Counted from the first letter of the stretch, positions 9,178 through 19,230 are shown. The stretch: 64,000 nucleotides of DNA from Paraburkholderia sp. (GCF_036488795.1 NZ_DASXHA010000141.1:2825-66824); one strand, 5' to 3'. Numbers and translations are program-made. Notes: generated by a model from the letters alone, not told the origin.

Positions 9178-9624
9178 GCGCAAAAAAGCGTGCCTGGCGT
9201 GGCTGGAAACACGCGTGCACTCCATTCGCAGCAGGCCCGTCTGCTGCCCGGCAAAAGCGCGGTTGAAAGCGCTCTGGATGCCGCCTATGATTAGCCGGTA
9301 TCCGCGTGAATTGCATTTGGGCCCTTGTTGACGCATGCGGAAATCTCGTGCGGTCATCGGCTTGCAATAAGGTATAGCGCAGCGCAAGAAAGTAAATTGC
9401 TCACGCCCGAACACTTCACCCCACAGGCGTTTGCGCATCATCGGCGTATCGAATCTGGTAAATGCATGGCCGTATTGATTCGATCTGCTCACCAATCAAA
9501 TTAATCCTTTCTGATTCATCGTTTCGCAGTTGCGGTCCAAAGCAGGTTTGAAGGGTTGTCATGCGGCGAATTTCGCATGCGTGAGTAACGTGCGTGAAAA
9601 CGCGTTCTCCCGACGAGGCTTGGC

Positions 9625-10341
9625 GTGCATCGCAGAACTATCGGATCGTCCTTTCTGTTTTTGATTTGCGCTGCGTGGACTTGCGCGACACTCGCCGCCA
9701 CCGACGCAGCCACGCCCATGCCGTCCGCCATGGACGAGCGCGTGCGCGCCTGCACCTCCTGTCACGGCGTGCAAGGCCAGGGGCTCAACAACGACTACTT
9801 CCCGCGCATCGCCGGCAAGCCGGCCGACTATCTGTTCAATCAGCTGATCTCGTTTCGTGACGGCGGCCGCACCTATCCGCCCATGGGCTATCTGCTCGCG
9901 TTCCTGCCCGACGACTACTTGCGCAAGATCAGCCAGTACTTCGCGGACCTGCAGCCGCCCTATCCGAATGCGGACACCGGCAATGTTTCGCCCGCAGTGC
10001 TGGAATACGGTCAGCGGCTCGTCACACAGGGCGATCCCGCGCGCAAGCTGCCCGCCTGCGCGGCTTGCCACGGCGCGCGTTTGACCGGCGCCCAACCGGG
10101 CATTCCGGGCCTGCTGGGTCTGCATGCCAGCTACATCGCCGGACAGATGGGGACCTGGCGCTCCGGCACCCGTCATGCCGTTGCGCCGGACTGCATGCAC
10201 TCGATTGCCGTCAAGCTCACCGACCGGGACATTACCGCCGTGTCCAGCTGGCTCGCGCGTCAGCCGCGGCCGGCGGACCCGCGACCGGGCGCGGCGAGCG
10301 ACGGCAAATTGCCGTTGGCCTGCGGGAGTCAACCGCAATGA
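9625..10341 (+). CDS. Periplasmic diheme cytochrome c4/c553-like protein
   Basis: Signal peptide, CTSCH and CAACH, FPRIAG, distal Met candidates (YPPM, DCMH); GTG start with GAGG upstream. Confidence 0.9.
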   Translation: MHRRTIGSSFLFLICAAWTCATLAATDAATPMPSAMDERVRACTSCHGVQGQGLNNDYFPRIAGKPADYLFNQLISFRDGGRTYPPMGYLLAFLPDDYLRKISQYFADLQPPYPNADTGNVSPAVLEYGQRLVTQGDPARKLPACAACHGARLTGAQPGIPGLLGLHASYIAGQMGTWRSGTRHAVAPDCMHSIAVKLTDRDITAVSSWLARQPRPADPRPGAASDGKLPLACGSQPQ

Positions 10342-11681
10342 AGCCGATCTCCTTCTCTCTCCTGGACGCATTCTGCAAGCGCTGCTGCGCAATCGCGTGG
10401 CGCATCGTGCTTGTGGCTCTGATCGTGACTTCGCTTGCGCCGCATGCGCCATTGCTCTCAGGCGCGTTCGCAGCCGAAGCGGCCGAAGCGGCCAGCAACG
10501 CGACGCCTGCCGACGATACGCGCCCCGACATCGTCAAGCGCGGCGAATATCTCGCGCGCGCCGGCGATTGCATTGCATGCCACACCGCCCCGCGCGGCAA
10601 GATGTTCGGCGGCGGCCTGCCCATGGAAACGCCCTTCGGCACCTTCTATTCGCCGAACATCAGCCCGGACGCTCAGTACGGCATCGGCGCATGGAGCACG
10701 CAAGCCTTCTTCAAGATGATGCGCACCGGCCGCAAACCGGACGGCAAACTGATCTACCCGGTGATGCCGATCGCCCAATACACCAAGGTGACGCGTGAAG
10801 ACTCGGACGCGATCTTCGCGTATCTGAAATCGGTCCCGCCGGTGCGTCAGCCGAACAAGCCGCATGCCTTGAAGTTCCCGTTCAACCAGCGCGACCTGCT
10901 GCTCGGCTGGCGCACGCTGTATTTCCGCGAGGGCGAGTACAGGCCGGACCCGACGCGTTCGGTGGAATGGAATCGCGGCGCCTATCTGGTGGAGGGCCTC
11001 GGCCATTGCACGATGTGTCACACGAGGATCAACCTGCTGGGCGGCTCGTCGCCGCGCGAACAGTTTGCGGGCGGCTTGATCCCCGTGCAGAACTGGTACG
11101 CACCGTCGCTGACGTCGGACAAGGACGGCGGCCTCGGCGACTGGAGCGTGAAGGACATCGTCGATCTGCTCCAAGCGGGCATCTCCGATCGCGGCGCGGT
11201 CTACGGACCGATGGCCGAGGTGACCTATCACAGCCTGCAGTACATGACGGACGACGACGTCAAGGCGATGGCCGCCTATCTGAAGACGCTGCCCGACAAC
11301 GACCGTGGCCGCAAAACCGGCCCCTCCGCCAGCACCGACACCAAGGTCTTCGCGCTCGGCGAACAGATCTACGCTGACAAATGCGCGCTGTGCCACGGCG
11401 CAAAGGGCGAAGGTCACGTGCAGCATTACCCGCCGCTCGCGCAGAACCAGTCGATCGAAATGGATTCGGCCGTCAATCCGATCCGGATCGTGCTGAACGG
11501 CGGCTTCCCGCCAGGCACGCAACGCAATCCCGAGCCGTATGGCATGCCGCCGTTCGGGCAGGAGTTGAGCGACGCGGATGCCGCCGCGGTCGTCACCTAT
11601 ATCCGCACCGCCTGGGGCAATCATGGGCACCCGGTGACGGAGCGTCAGGTCAACGAACTGCGCAAGGCACCCCTTCATTGA
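10338..11681 (+). CDS. Triheme cytochrome c (alcohol/gluconate dehydrogenase cytochrome-subunit type)
   Basis: CIACH, CTMCH, CALCH; family motifs RGEYLARAGDC, TPFGTFYSPNISPD, WNRGAYLVEGLGHC, YGMPPF; ATGA overlap with the upstream gene. Confidence 0.92.
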   Translation: MKPISFSLLDAFCKRCCAIAWRIVLVALIVTSLAPHAPLLSGAFAAEAAEAASNATPADDTRPDIVKRGEYLARAGDCIACHTAPRGKMFGGGLPMETPFGTFYSPNISPDAQYGIGAWSTQAFFKMMRTGRKPDGKLIYPVMPIAQYTKVTREDSDAIFAYLKSVPPVRQPNKPHALKFPFNQRDLLLGWRTLYFREGEYRPDPTRSVEWNRGAYLVEGLGHCTMCHTRINLLGGSSPREQFAGGLIPVQNWYAPSLTSDKDGGLGDWSVKDIVDLLQAGISDRGAVYGPMAEVTYHSLQYMTDDDVKAMAAYLKTLPDNDRGRKTGPSASTDTKVFALGEQIYADKCALCHGAKGEGHVQHYPPLAQNQSIEMDSAVNPIRIVLNGGFPPGTQRNPEPYGMPPFGQELSDADAAAVVTYIRTAWGNHGHPVTERQVNELRKAPLH

Positions 11682-11774
11682 TCCATCCACGCAGCGCTTC
11701 GAGTGAGTTGCAAGTGAGTCTGGCAAAAAGCGCGTGTGTGAGCTGTTCGATACGTTGATCCGGAGAACCTGCAG

Positions 11775-11951
11775 ATGGACGCCAACGACACCCAGAGCAC
11801 CGCCCCACCGACGGATGAAGAGGTGGAACGCGTCGTTGCAGCCGGCCCGCACGGCGCGATCGCGGTGGCCGGCGTCGCCGCGCTGGTCGTGGTGGCGATC
11901 TGGTTCGGCTTCTACTTCTTCGTCTTTCTGCCGCGCGGCGTCATTCACTGA
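11775..11951 (+). CDS. 58-aa single-TM protein, likely subunit IIa of a B-family oxidase
   Basis: Below the ORF-track cutoff; MDANDTQSTAPPTDEEVERVVAAGPHGAIAVAGVAALVVVAIWFGFYFFVFLPRGVIH; GGAG upstream; ends 2 nt before subunit II; P-x-GA...W-xxx-Y-xx-F-xx-RG pattern as in ba3 subunit IIa. Confidence 0.8.
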   Translation: MDANDTQSTAPPTDEEVERVVAAGPHGAIAVAGVAALVVVAIWFGFYFFVFLPRGVIH

Positions 11952-11953
11952 CC

Positions 11954-12532
11954 ATGTCGACTCCTTCTCCTTCTCCCGATCACACGTCTGGCGGCCACGC
12001 CGTCGCGCTGCGCGCCGAGCGGCGCTGGGCCATTTTCGCGGCCGCCCTGATCCTGCTGATGCTGGTCGTGGTCGTGTTTACCGGCGTGCACTGGGCGATG
12101 ATGCCGCCGTCGCGCGTCGAGACCGTCGATCCGACACGTCTGCAGCTCTCCGGTGAATTCGTCGAAGAGAATCTCGGCGCGGCCGTTCAGCCAGATGGCT
12201 CGGTGGTGGTGCGCTTCATCGCGCAGCAGTATTCGTTCACGCCGCAATGCCTGCTGGTGCCGACGGACACCCCCGTCACCTTTCGCACCACCAGCGCGGA
12301 CGTGGTGCACGGCCTGCTCGTTACCGACACCAACATCAATACGATGGTGGTGCCCGGCTATATCGCCACGCTGACGACGAGTTTCGATCACCCCGGCGAT
12401 CATCTGATGCCGTGTCACGAGTTCTGCGGCTTCGGCCATCAGACGATGTGGGCGCATGTGAAGGTGATCGACAAAGCCGCTTTCCTCGAGCAGGCTCGAC
12501 AATCACGGAGGCTCAGCTGTGTTTCTCGCTAA
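11954..12532 (+). CDS. B-family (ba3-type) heme-copper oxidase subunit II
   Basis: Single N-terminal TM; complete CuA ligand set SADVVHG...CHEFCGFGHQTM. Confidence 0.93.
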   Translation: MSTPSPSPDHTSGGHAVALRAERRWAIFAAALILLMLVVVVFTGVHWAMMPPSRVETVDPTRLQLSGEFVEENLGAAVQPDGSVVVRFIAQQYSFTPQCLLVPTDTPVTFRTTSADVVHGLLVTDTNINTMVVPGYIATLTTSFDHPGDHLMPCHEFCGFGHQTMWAHVKVIDKAAFLEQARQSRRLSCVSR

Positions 12533-14144
12533 GCGACTCGTTCTTGCGCACTTCTGGCTCGCCTTCATCACTTTTCTGCTGGCGCTCTTCATGGGCTCGT
12601 GGCAAATGCTGGTGCGCAGCCCCCTGCTGCCGTGGGTCGGCGATCCTGAGCTTTACTATCGCTCCGTCACCGCGCACGGCACTGTGATGGCCTATGTGCT
12701 GCCCACCCTGGTGGCGATGGGCTTCGGCTATGCGATCGTCGAACTGGCGCTGCGTCAGCCGCTGGTCGGGCTCCGGTGGGCGTGGGCCGGCTTCATCGTG
12801 CTGGCCGTCGGCGCGGTGGTCGCGATGATTCCGGTTTCGATGGGCGACGCGTCGGTGCTGTTCACCTTCTATCCGCCGCTGATCGGCAGCCCGCTCTATT
12901 ACATCGGCGTGGTGCTGGTGGTGGTCGGTTCGTGGATCTGGGTCGCCCTGATGTATGTGAACCTGCGCGTGTGGAAGCGCGCCAATCCCGGCAAACCGGT
13001 GCCGCTTGCGATGTTCGCCAATGTGGCGGGCGCGTATCTGTGGGCGTGGACCGCGATCGGCGCGGCGCTCGAAATCCTGCTGCAGATCCTGCCGGTCGCG
13101 CTCGGCTGGAAAGCCACCATCGACGCGGGGCTCGCCCGCGTGCTGTTCTCGTGGACGCTGCATGCGATCGTCTATTTCTGGCTGGTGCCTGCGTATATCG
13201 CGTACTACACGATCGTGCCCCGCGCGATTGGCGGACGCCTCTATAGCGATTCGATGGCGCGCGTGTCGTTCGTCCTGTTCCTCGTCTTCGCGATGCCTAT
13301 CGGCATTCATCACCTGTTCGCGGATCCGCAGGTCGGCGCGGGCTTCAAGTTCATGCACGCGGCGTTCACGGGGATGGTGTCGGTTCCGACGCTCTTGACC
13401 GTCTTCACGATCTGCGCATCGGTGGAAATCGCCGGGCGGCTGCGCGGCGGCAAAGGCGCGTTCGGCTGGCTGGCCGCACTGCCCTGGCGCAATCCCATGA
13501 TGCTGGTGATTGCGTTTTCCTTCGTGATGCTGGGACTGGGCGGCGCCGGCGGCCTCATCAACATGAGCTACCAGTTGAATTCGACGATCCACAACACGCA
13601 GTGGGTCACCGGCCATTTCCATCTCATCTACGGTGGGGCGATCGTCATCATGTACTTCGCGATTGCCTATGAGCTGTGGCCGCAACTCACGGGACGCGCG
13701 CTCTGCTCGCTCAGTCTGGTACGCACGCAGCTCTGGCTGTGGTTCATCGGCATGATGGTCGTCACCCTGCCGTGGCACTACGTGGGGCTGCTCGGCGCGC
13801 CGCGCCGCATGGCCTACTACGACTACAGCGCACCGGGTCTAAGGGAGCAGGCCGTGTGGGTGGCCATGTCGGCCATCGGCGGTTTCGTGCTGGTGATCTC
13901 CGGCGTGCTCTTCATCTACATTCTCGCGAAGTCCCAGCTCGGACCGCGCGTGCAGCCGAACGAATTCCGCTTCAGTACGGCCACGCAACCGGTCGATCAC
14001 GTGCCGGCCGCGCTCAACAGCTTCGGGCTGTGGGTCGGGTTGATGATCGGCCTCACCGTCGTCAATTACAGCGTGCCGATCTTCCAGCTGGTGCGGCTGC
14101 AGCAGACTTCCGTGCCGGCGGTCGTGGTGGGAGCCCAGCGATGA
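12519..14144 (+). CDS. B-family (ba3-type) heme-copper oxidase subunit I
   Basis: VTAHG, WTLHAIVYFW (CuB His plus cross-link Tyr), GIHHLF, WVTGHFH, GAPRR; K-channel-analogue residues PAYIAYY and VPTLLTVFT. Confidence 0.93.
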   Translation: MFLAKRLVLAHFWLAFITFLLALFMGSWQMLVRSPLLPWVGDPELYYRSVTAHGTVMAYVLPTLVAMGFGYAIVELALRQPLVGLRWAWAGFIVLAVGAVVAMIPVSMGDASVLFTFYPPLIGSPLYYIGVVLVVVGSWIWVALMYVNLRVWKRANPGKPVPLAMFANVAGAYLWAWTAIGAALEILLQILPVALGWKATIDAGLARVLFSWTLHAIVYFWLVPAYIAYYTIVPRAIGGRLYSDSMARVSFVLFLVFAMPIGIHHLFADPQVGAGFKFMHAAFTGMVSVPTLLTVFTICASVEIAGRLRGGKGAFGWLAALPWRNPMMLVIAFSFVMLGLGGAGGLINMSYQLNSTIHNTQWVTGHFHLIYGGAIVIMYFAIAYELWPQLTGRALCSLSLVRTQLWLWFIGMMVVTLPWHYVGLLGAPRRMAYYDYSAPGLREQAVWVAMSAIGGFVLVISGVLFIYILAKSQLGPRVQPNEFRFSTATQPVDHVPAALNSFGLWVGLMIGLTVVNYSVPIFQLVRLQQTSVPAVVVGAQR

Positions 14145-14950
14145 ACGAGGAACGCGTTTTCAGCCTGCGTAACCCCTGGTTCAGGACAAGCGTGGGCGGT
14201 GTGATCGCATTCGCGATCATCTCGATCCTGATTGGCTTTGTCTGGCTGCCGTCCGCGAACCGCGACTTCAGCGGACACGGATTGTGGGCGACCATCTGCA
14301 GCGCCGCGGGGGCGCCATCCAGCTGGTACGACGCCGGCTCGAACCTTGCAGGGACCGCCCCTAGCGAAGTGGTCGTGCTGCCGCCGCATCGCGAACGCGT
14401 CGACGCCAGTTCGATTGGACGCGGCGCAACTTTGGCGACGCAGAACTGCTCGATGTGCCACGGCGTGCTCGGCACCGTGCAGGTGACCGCTCCGGCGCTC
14501 GCAGGTCAGTATGCCGATGCGATCTACAAGGAATTGCGCGACTATCAGACCGGCGAGCGCGTCAGCGCGGTGATGCAGCCCATCATCCGCAATCGCAGCG
14601 AGCAGGATCTTCACGACCTGGCGGCTTATTACGCGTCCTTGCAGCGCGCGGCGCCGGCCGAAAGCGGCGCATCAGGCGAGGGGCTGGATGCCAATGCGGT
14701 GAAGCTCGCGATGCAAGGCGACCCGATGCGCAACATCGCACCGTGCGCCGCGTGCCATGGACAGCTCGACCGCAAGGGCGCCGCGCCGTGGCTTGGTGGC
14801 CAGTCGTCGATCTATCTGGCGGCGCAGATGCAGCGCTTCGCCACCGGCGAGCGCCGTAATGACATCAATGAGCAAATGCGCAATATCGCGCGGCATCTGA
14901 CGCCGGATGAGATCGACGGTCTGGCAAAGTACTACGCCGCGCAGCCTTGA
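14141..14950 (+). CDS. Membrane-anchored diheme cytochrome c4-like protein
   Basis: N-terminal TM, CSMCH and CAACH, APALAGQ/APWLGGQ; ATGA overlap with subunit I. Confidence 0.9.
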   Translation: MNEERVFSLRNPWFRTSVGGVIAFAIISILIGFVWLPSANRDFSGHGLWATICSAAGAPSSWYDAGSNLAGTAPSEVVVLPPHRERVDASSIGRGATLATQNCSMCHGVLGTVQVTAPALAGQYADAIYKELRDYQTGERVSAVMQPIIRNRSEQDLHDLAAYYASLQRAAPAESGASGEGLDANAVKLAMQGDPMRNIAPCAACHGQLDRKGAAPWLGGQSSIYLAAQMQRFATGERRNDINEQMRNIARHLTPDEIDGLAKYYAAQP

Positions 14951-14989
14951 GCGCGGTGTGACGCGCGGCGCCGGGTTCGGACCGTTCGC

Positions 14990-16633
14990 TTATGCGGAAG
15001 CCGCGGCGGCCGCAAGGCCGGCATTCGCGCGCAGGCTGCTTGCGAGGCGCGCGCGGGCGTCCGACGACGAGCCGTTCGACTCGGTGCGGAACACCGCCAC
15101 CGCAGCCGTCAGACGGCGCGCCTGATCTTCCAGCGAGCTCGCCGCAGCCGCGGCCTGTTCGACGAGCGCCGCATTCTGCTGCGTGACCTCGTCCATCTGC
15201 GCGACCGCCAGGTTTACCTGATCGATACCCGTGCTCTGTTCGTTCGCGGCGGCGGCGATCTCACCCATGATCGCGCTCACGCGAGCAATTGCATTGACGA
15301 TCTCGGTCATCGTCGAGCCGGACCGTTCGACCAGTTGCGCGCCCGACTGCACACGCGAAGTCGATTCGTCGATCAAGCCTTTGATCTCCTTTGCCGCGCC
15401 GGCGCTGCGCTGCGCGAGCGAGCGCACTTCGCTTGCGACCACCGCGAAACCCCGACCCTGTTCGCCTGCCCGCGCCGCTTCAACGGCGGCGTTGAGCGCG
15501 AGAATATTGGTCTGGAACGCAATGCCTTCGATCACGCCGACGATGTCCGCGATGCGGCGCGAATCGTCGACCATGTGATTCATCGTGCCGACCACCTGTT
15601 GCGTGAGCTCGCCGCCCTGGGCGGCGAGGCTCGACGCGCCTTGCGCGAGCGTGCTTGCCTGTCTGGCGTTCTCGGCGGTCTGCTTGACGGTCGACGTGAG
15701 TTCTTCGATGCTCGCCGCGGTTTCTTCCAGCGATGCCGCCTGCTCTTCGGTACGTTGCGACAAGTCCGCGTTGCCGGCGGCGATTTCGCTCACGCCCGTG
15801 TCGATCGATTCCGTGCCTTGACGCACCGTGCTCACCGTCGAAATCAGCGAGTCCTGCATCTTGCGCAGCGCGGTGGCGAGCTTGCCCATCTCGTTGTTGC
15901 TCGTCGCATCGATCCTGCCGGTCAGATCGCCACTCGCGATACGCTGAAACTGCGCGATCGTCGCATCGACCGGATGCACGATCGCACGCACCAGCACCAG
16001 CCGTCCCAGCCAGGCGAGCAGCAGCGCCAGCACCATGCCCACCGCGACCGCCACGCTGATCGCATAGAACCGGTCTTGCGCGTCCTGATAGCGTTGCGCG
16101 CCGTGATCGAGCTGCAGCTTCTCAAGCGTGAGCATCGATTTTTCGTAGGCGTTGTAGAGCGACGGCAGCTTGTGCGCCTGCAATTGCTGGAAGGTGGCCT
16201 TGTCGCCGGACTTGAGCGCAGCCATGGCCGGCTCGACGCCGTCGTGCAGGAACGTGTCGCGCTTGTCCTGCATATCCTTGATGAGATGCTGTTCTTCGTC
16301 ATCCGAACCAGCACGGCTCACATAGTGGGCGAGGCGGTCGTTCGATACTTTGAGATACTGATCAAAGCGTTGCAGCACTGCCGACGCGCCATCCTGATCG
16401 TTGAGATCGGATAACGACGCGTACGTGGCCAACGCGAGGCGCAGGCGCAACAACTGGCCGGCGCTGCCTTCGAGATCGGCAACCGCGGGGGTGTCCACCG
16501 TATACATCTGCTGCAGCGAAGCGTTGCTCGCGCGCAGAGATAGCAGCCCGGCCGCCGCTCCGATCAGCAGTACGACGCCGAAGAAGGCGATCATCACGGT
16601 CAGGCAGGCGCGAATGGACAGATTTTTCAACAC
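14990..16633 (-). CDS. Methyl-accepting chemotaxis protein (Tar-like periplasmic domain, HAMP)
   Basis: Two TMs; [40 protein letters not shown]; AAAGGAG upstream of GTG. Confidence 0.96.
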   Translation of the reverse strand: MLKNLSIRACLTVMIAFFGVVLLIGAAAGLLSLRASNASLQQMYTVDTPAVADLEGSAGQLLRLRLALATYASLSDLNDQDGASAVLQRFDQYLKVSNDRLAHYVSRAGSDDEEQHLIKDMQDKRDTFLHDGVEPAMAALKSGDKATFQQLQAHKLPSLYNAYEKSMLTLEKLQLDHGAQRYQDAQDRFYAISVAVAVGMVLALLLAWLGRLVLVRAIVHPVDATIAQFQRIASGDLTGRIDATSNNEMGKLATALRKMQDSLISTVSTVRQGTESIDTGVSEIAAGNADLSQRTEEQAASLEETAASIEELTSTVKQTAENARQASTLAQGASSLAAQGGELTQQVVGTMNHMVDDSRRIADIVGVIEGIAFQTNILALNAAVEAARAGEQGRGFAVVASEVRSLAQRSAGAAKEIKGLIDESTSRVQSGAQLVERSGSTMTEIVNAIARVSAIMGEIAAAANEQSTGIDQVNLAVAQMDEVTQQNAALVEQAAAAASSLEDQARRLTAAVAVFRTESNGSSSDARARLASSLRANAGLAAAAASA

Positions 16634-16998
16634 GGACTGGTCTCCTTTGGGCTTACCCGGCGGAGGTCAGCAAAGACTTCTCCTCAGGCGTGCTGCGCCC
16701 AGGCCGCATGGGCCAGGTCCGCAACTTGATTGATATTTAAGCGAGCGCCTCACAGATGGACTACGGCCAGATTAAAAAAAACTTTATAGTCGGGCCGGGC
16801 GATTGGCCTGAGCGCCTGTTGCGGCTGGCTGGTCCGCGATTCGGAGTTCCTTACCGTTCCTCTCGTGATCCTGAATATTGAGCGCTTTGCAACCCGAAGG
16901 GCTCTTCGGGCTTCGAACCGGACGGCACGTTTCGACCTTGTCCTCATTCGCGACTTGATGGAAAGTAGCGAAACGCCGTTTCCGCGGAGCGCCGCGCC

Positions 16999-17802
16999 AT
17001 GTATGAGATCGGGTCTGCCCTGGTGGTGTTCGCCTTGCTGCTGATCAGCACGGGGGTGGGCGTCTTCGTCAGGCCGCTGCTGCCCGAAGAGCACAAGGCG
17101 CACGAAACAGTGCAGCTCATCCAGCTGGTGATCGGCATGCTCGTCACCTTCGCGGCGCTGGTGCTGGGCTTGATGACCGCATCCGCGAAAAACAGCTTCG
17201 ACACGGTCGGCACCGATTTCCGCACGTATTCCGCCGATCTGATCGAACTCAACGCCACGTTGCGCCAATATGGCGAAGGCGCCGCCGAGGTGCGGCAAAT
17301 GCTGCGCGCCTACACCGCCGCGGCGATTGCCAGCACCTGGCCGGACGAACCGTTTCCTGCCGGCGACTATTATCCGAAGGACGTGGGCCCGGAGAACGAT
17401 CGGGACAAGCTGGAAGACGTGCGCCTCGGCGACATGCTCAATCTCGCGGGTCAAAGGCTGCGGGAACTGGTTGCGCCGGATGTGTACCATCAGAAGCTGA
17501 AAGACGACAGCATCGTGCAATTCCAGCGGACCATAGATCAGCGCTGGAAGCTGATCGAAGAAGCGCACAGCACGATCTCGAAGCCGTTCTTCATGACGCT
17601 GACGTTCTGGCTGATCGTCATCTTCCTGAGTTTTGGCCTGATCGCGCCGCGCAATGCGCTGGCGCTGGTGATGATCACGATGGGCGCGCTTTCGATCGCC
17701 TCAGCCGTCTACGTGATGGTCGATCTGGATACACCGTTCTCCGGCCCGATCGTGATTTCGAGTCAGCCCATGCGCGATGCGCTTGCCCACCTGAACCGGT
17801 AA
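16999..17802 (+). CDS. Membrane protein, DUF4239/bestrophin-like
   Basis: Two N-terminal and two C-terminal TMs around a helical loop; TFAALVLGLM...AKNSFD and DLDTPFSGPIVISS motifs. Confidence 0.65.
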   Translation: MYEIGSALVVFALLLISTGVGVFVRPLLPEEHKAHETVQLIQLVIGMLVTFAALVLGLMTASAKNSFDTVGTDFRTYSADLIELNATLRQYGEGAAEVRQMLRAYTAAAIASTWPDEPFPAGDYYPKDVGPENDRDKLEDVRLGDMLNLAGQRLRELVAPDVYHQKLKDDSIVQFQRTIDQRWKLIEEAHSTISKPFFMTLTFWLIVIFLSFGLIAPRNALALVMITMGALSIASAVYVMVDLDTPFSGPIVISSQPMRDALAHLNR

Positions 17803-17822
17803 GCGTGACGCAAGGCCCAAAT

Positions 17823-17861
17823 ACAAAGGGGCGTCCTGTTCATCACAGGACGCCCCTTTGT
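17823..17861. terminator. Hairpin terminator between convergent genes
   Basis: Perfect 17-bp stem ACAAAGGGGCGTCCTGT/ACAGGACGCCCCTTTGT. Confidence 0.8.
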
Positions 17862-17908
17862 GGTTCCGGCGCCGCCGCGATTGCAACGGCGCCGGGCTGT
17901 GATTCGCC

Positions 17909-18982
17909 TCAGCAGGCGACCATCTTCTCGCGCGCCCACGCCACCGCCGCGCGCGCCGGCGCGACACCCGTGGCCTGCACGCGCTCCGCGAGTTCGAACA
18001 CGCGCGGACCGATTTGCGCGACTTCCGCGAGTACCGCCTGCTCTTCGGCCGAACCCTGATATTCCCGCACACAACTAATGATGCCGCCTGCGTTCACGAG
18101 GAAGTCCGGCGCGTAGAAAATGCCGCGCCGATGCAGCACGTCGCCTTCAGCCAGCGAGAGCAACTGGTTGTTCGCGCCGCCGGCTACCACCTTGAAGCGG
18201 CACTGCGCGGCCACCGACTCCGTGATCGAACCGCCCAGCGCGCACGGTGCAAACACGTCGGCTTCGACGCCGGTGATTTCCGTCGTGCTCACCACGCGCG
18301 CATTGAAATGTTGCTGCGCGCGAGCGGTCTTGCCGGCGTCGATGTCCGACACGATCAGTTGCGCGCCCGCTTGATGCAGACGCTCGCACAGATCCCAACC
18401 CACCGAGCCGAGACCCTGCACCGCTACCGATACGCCGTCCAGCGACTTGCGCCCGAGCGCCGCTTCGACCGCGGCCATCAAACCGACGAACACGCCATAT
18501 GCGGTTCGCGGCGACGGGTTGCCGCCATACACGTCATTGGCGCGCGGAATGCCGCTCACGTAGCGGGTTTCGCCTTGCACGGCGCGCATGTCGTCGGCGG
18601 TCGTGCCGACGTCCTCGGCGGTGATGTAAATGCCTTCCAGCGACTCCACCAGCCGACCGAACGCCTTGAAGAGCGCGGCACGGTCGAGCGTTTCCGGACG
18701 GCGCAGGATCACCGCCTTGCCGCCGCCGAACGGCAGATCGGCGAGTGCGTTCTTGAAGGCCATGCCTTGCGAAAGACGCAGGGCGTCGTTGTACGCCTCA
18801 TGGTCCGACGCGTATTGCCAGAAGCGGCAGCCGCCGAACGCGGGGCCGCGAGCCGTGCTGTAGACGGCAACAATGGCTTGCAGGCCGGAGGCTGCGTCGG
18901 TGGCCAGCACGATGCGTTCGTGGGCGGGTTCGCCGTGCAATCCGAACAGGGTGCCGGCAGCGGTGGTCGTCAGTCGGTCCAT
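17909..18982 (-). CDS. Leu/Phe/Val-type amino acid dehydrogenase
   Basis: GPAFGGCR, GMAFKNA, GGGKAVI, YITAEDVGT, VQGLGSVG, AGGANNQL, NAGG; AAGGAAGG upstream. Confidence 0.92.
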   Translation of the reverse strand: MDRLTTTAAGTLFGLHGEPAHERIVLATDAASGLQAIVAVYSTARGPAFGGCRFWQYASDHEAYNDALRLSQGMAFKNALADLPFGGGKAVILRRPETLDRAALFKAFGRLVESLEGIYITAEDVGTTADDMRAVQGETRYVSGIPRANDVYGGNPSPRTAYGVFVGLMAAVEAALGRKSLDGVSVAVQGLGSVGWDLCERLHQAGAQLIVSDIDAGKTARAQQHFNARVVSTTEITGVEADVFAPCALGGSITESVAAQCRFKVVAGGANNQLLSLAEGDVLHRRGIFYAPDFLVNAGGIISCVREYQGSAEEQAVLAEVAQIGPRVFELAERVQATGVAPARAAVAWAREKMVAC

Positions 18983-19230
18983 CAGGTTTCCTTCCTTGTG
19001 GGCGGGCAGATCGGGATCCGCGCGAAGCGATCGCTTCACGCGAGACCGCAGGCCTTCCGGATCGCGGAGGCCTGCGGAGTAAAGGCGAGGCGGCTGTCGT
19101 TCAGCACGTCTCGATCGCAAGAGTGTACGAGGCCAATTCTGGAGATTTCTTCTGTTTTGTCTGGCATCATGGCTCCCGCGGCAGAAACATCGCCTGCAGT
19201 ACAAGCCATTTAAAGACGATTCTTTTGCAG

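Noticed and set aside
9475-9499. FNR-like half-sites TTGAT...ATCAA upstream of the oxidase operon
   Set aside because: Spacer is 15 nt, not the 4 nt FNR requires; at most an unassigned inverted repeat.
12519-14144. Subunit I as a novel nitric oxide reductase
   Set aside because: The active-site Tyr (HAIVY), all His ligands and proton-channel residues are retained; B-family-derived NORs replace the Tyr.
16726-16739. TTGATTGATATTTA as an FNR box upstream of the MCP
   Set aside because: Two mismatches in one half-site within an AT-rich patch; too weak.
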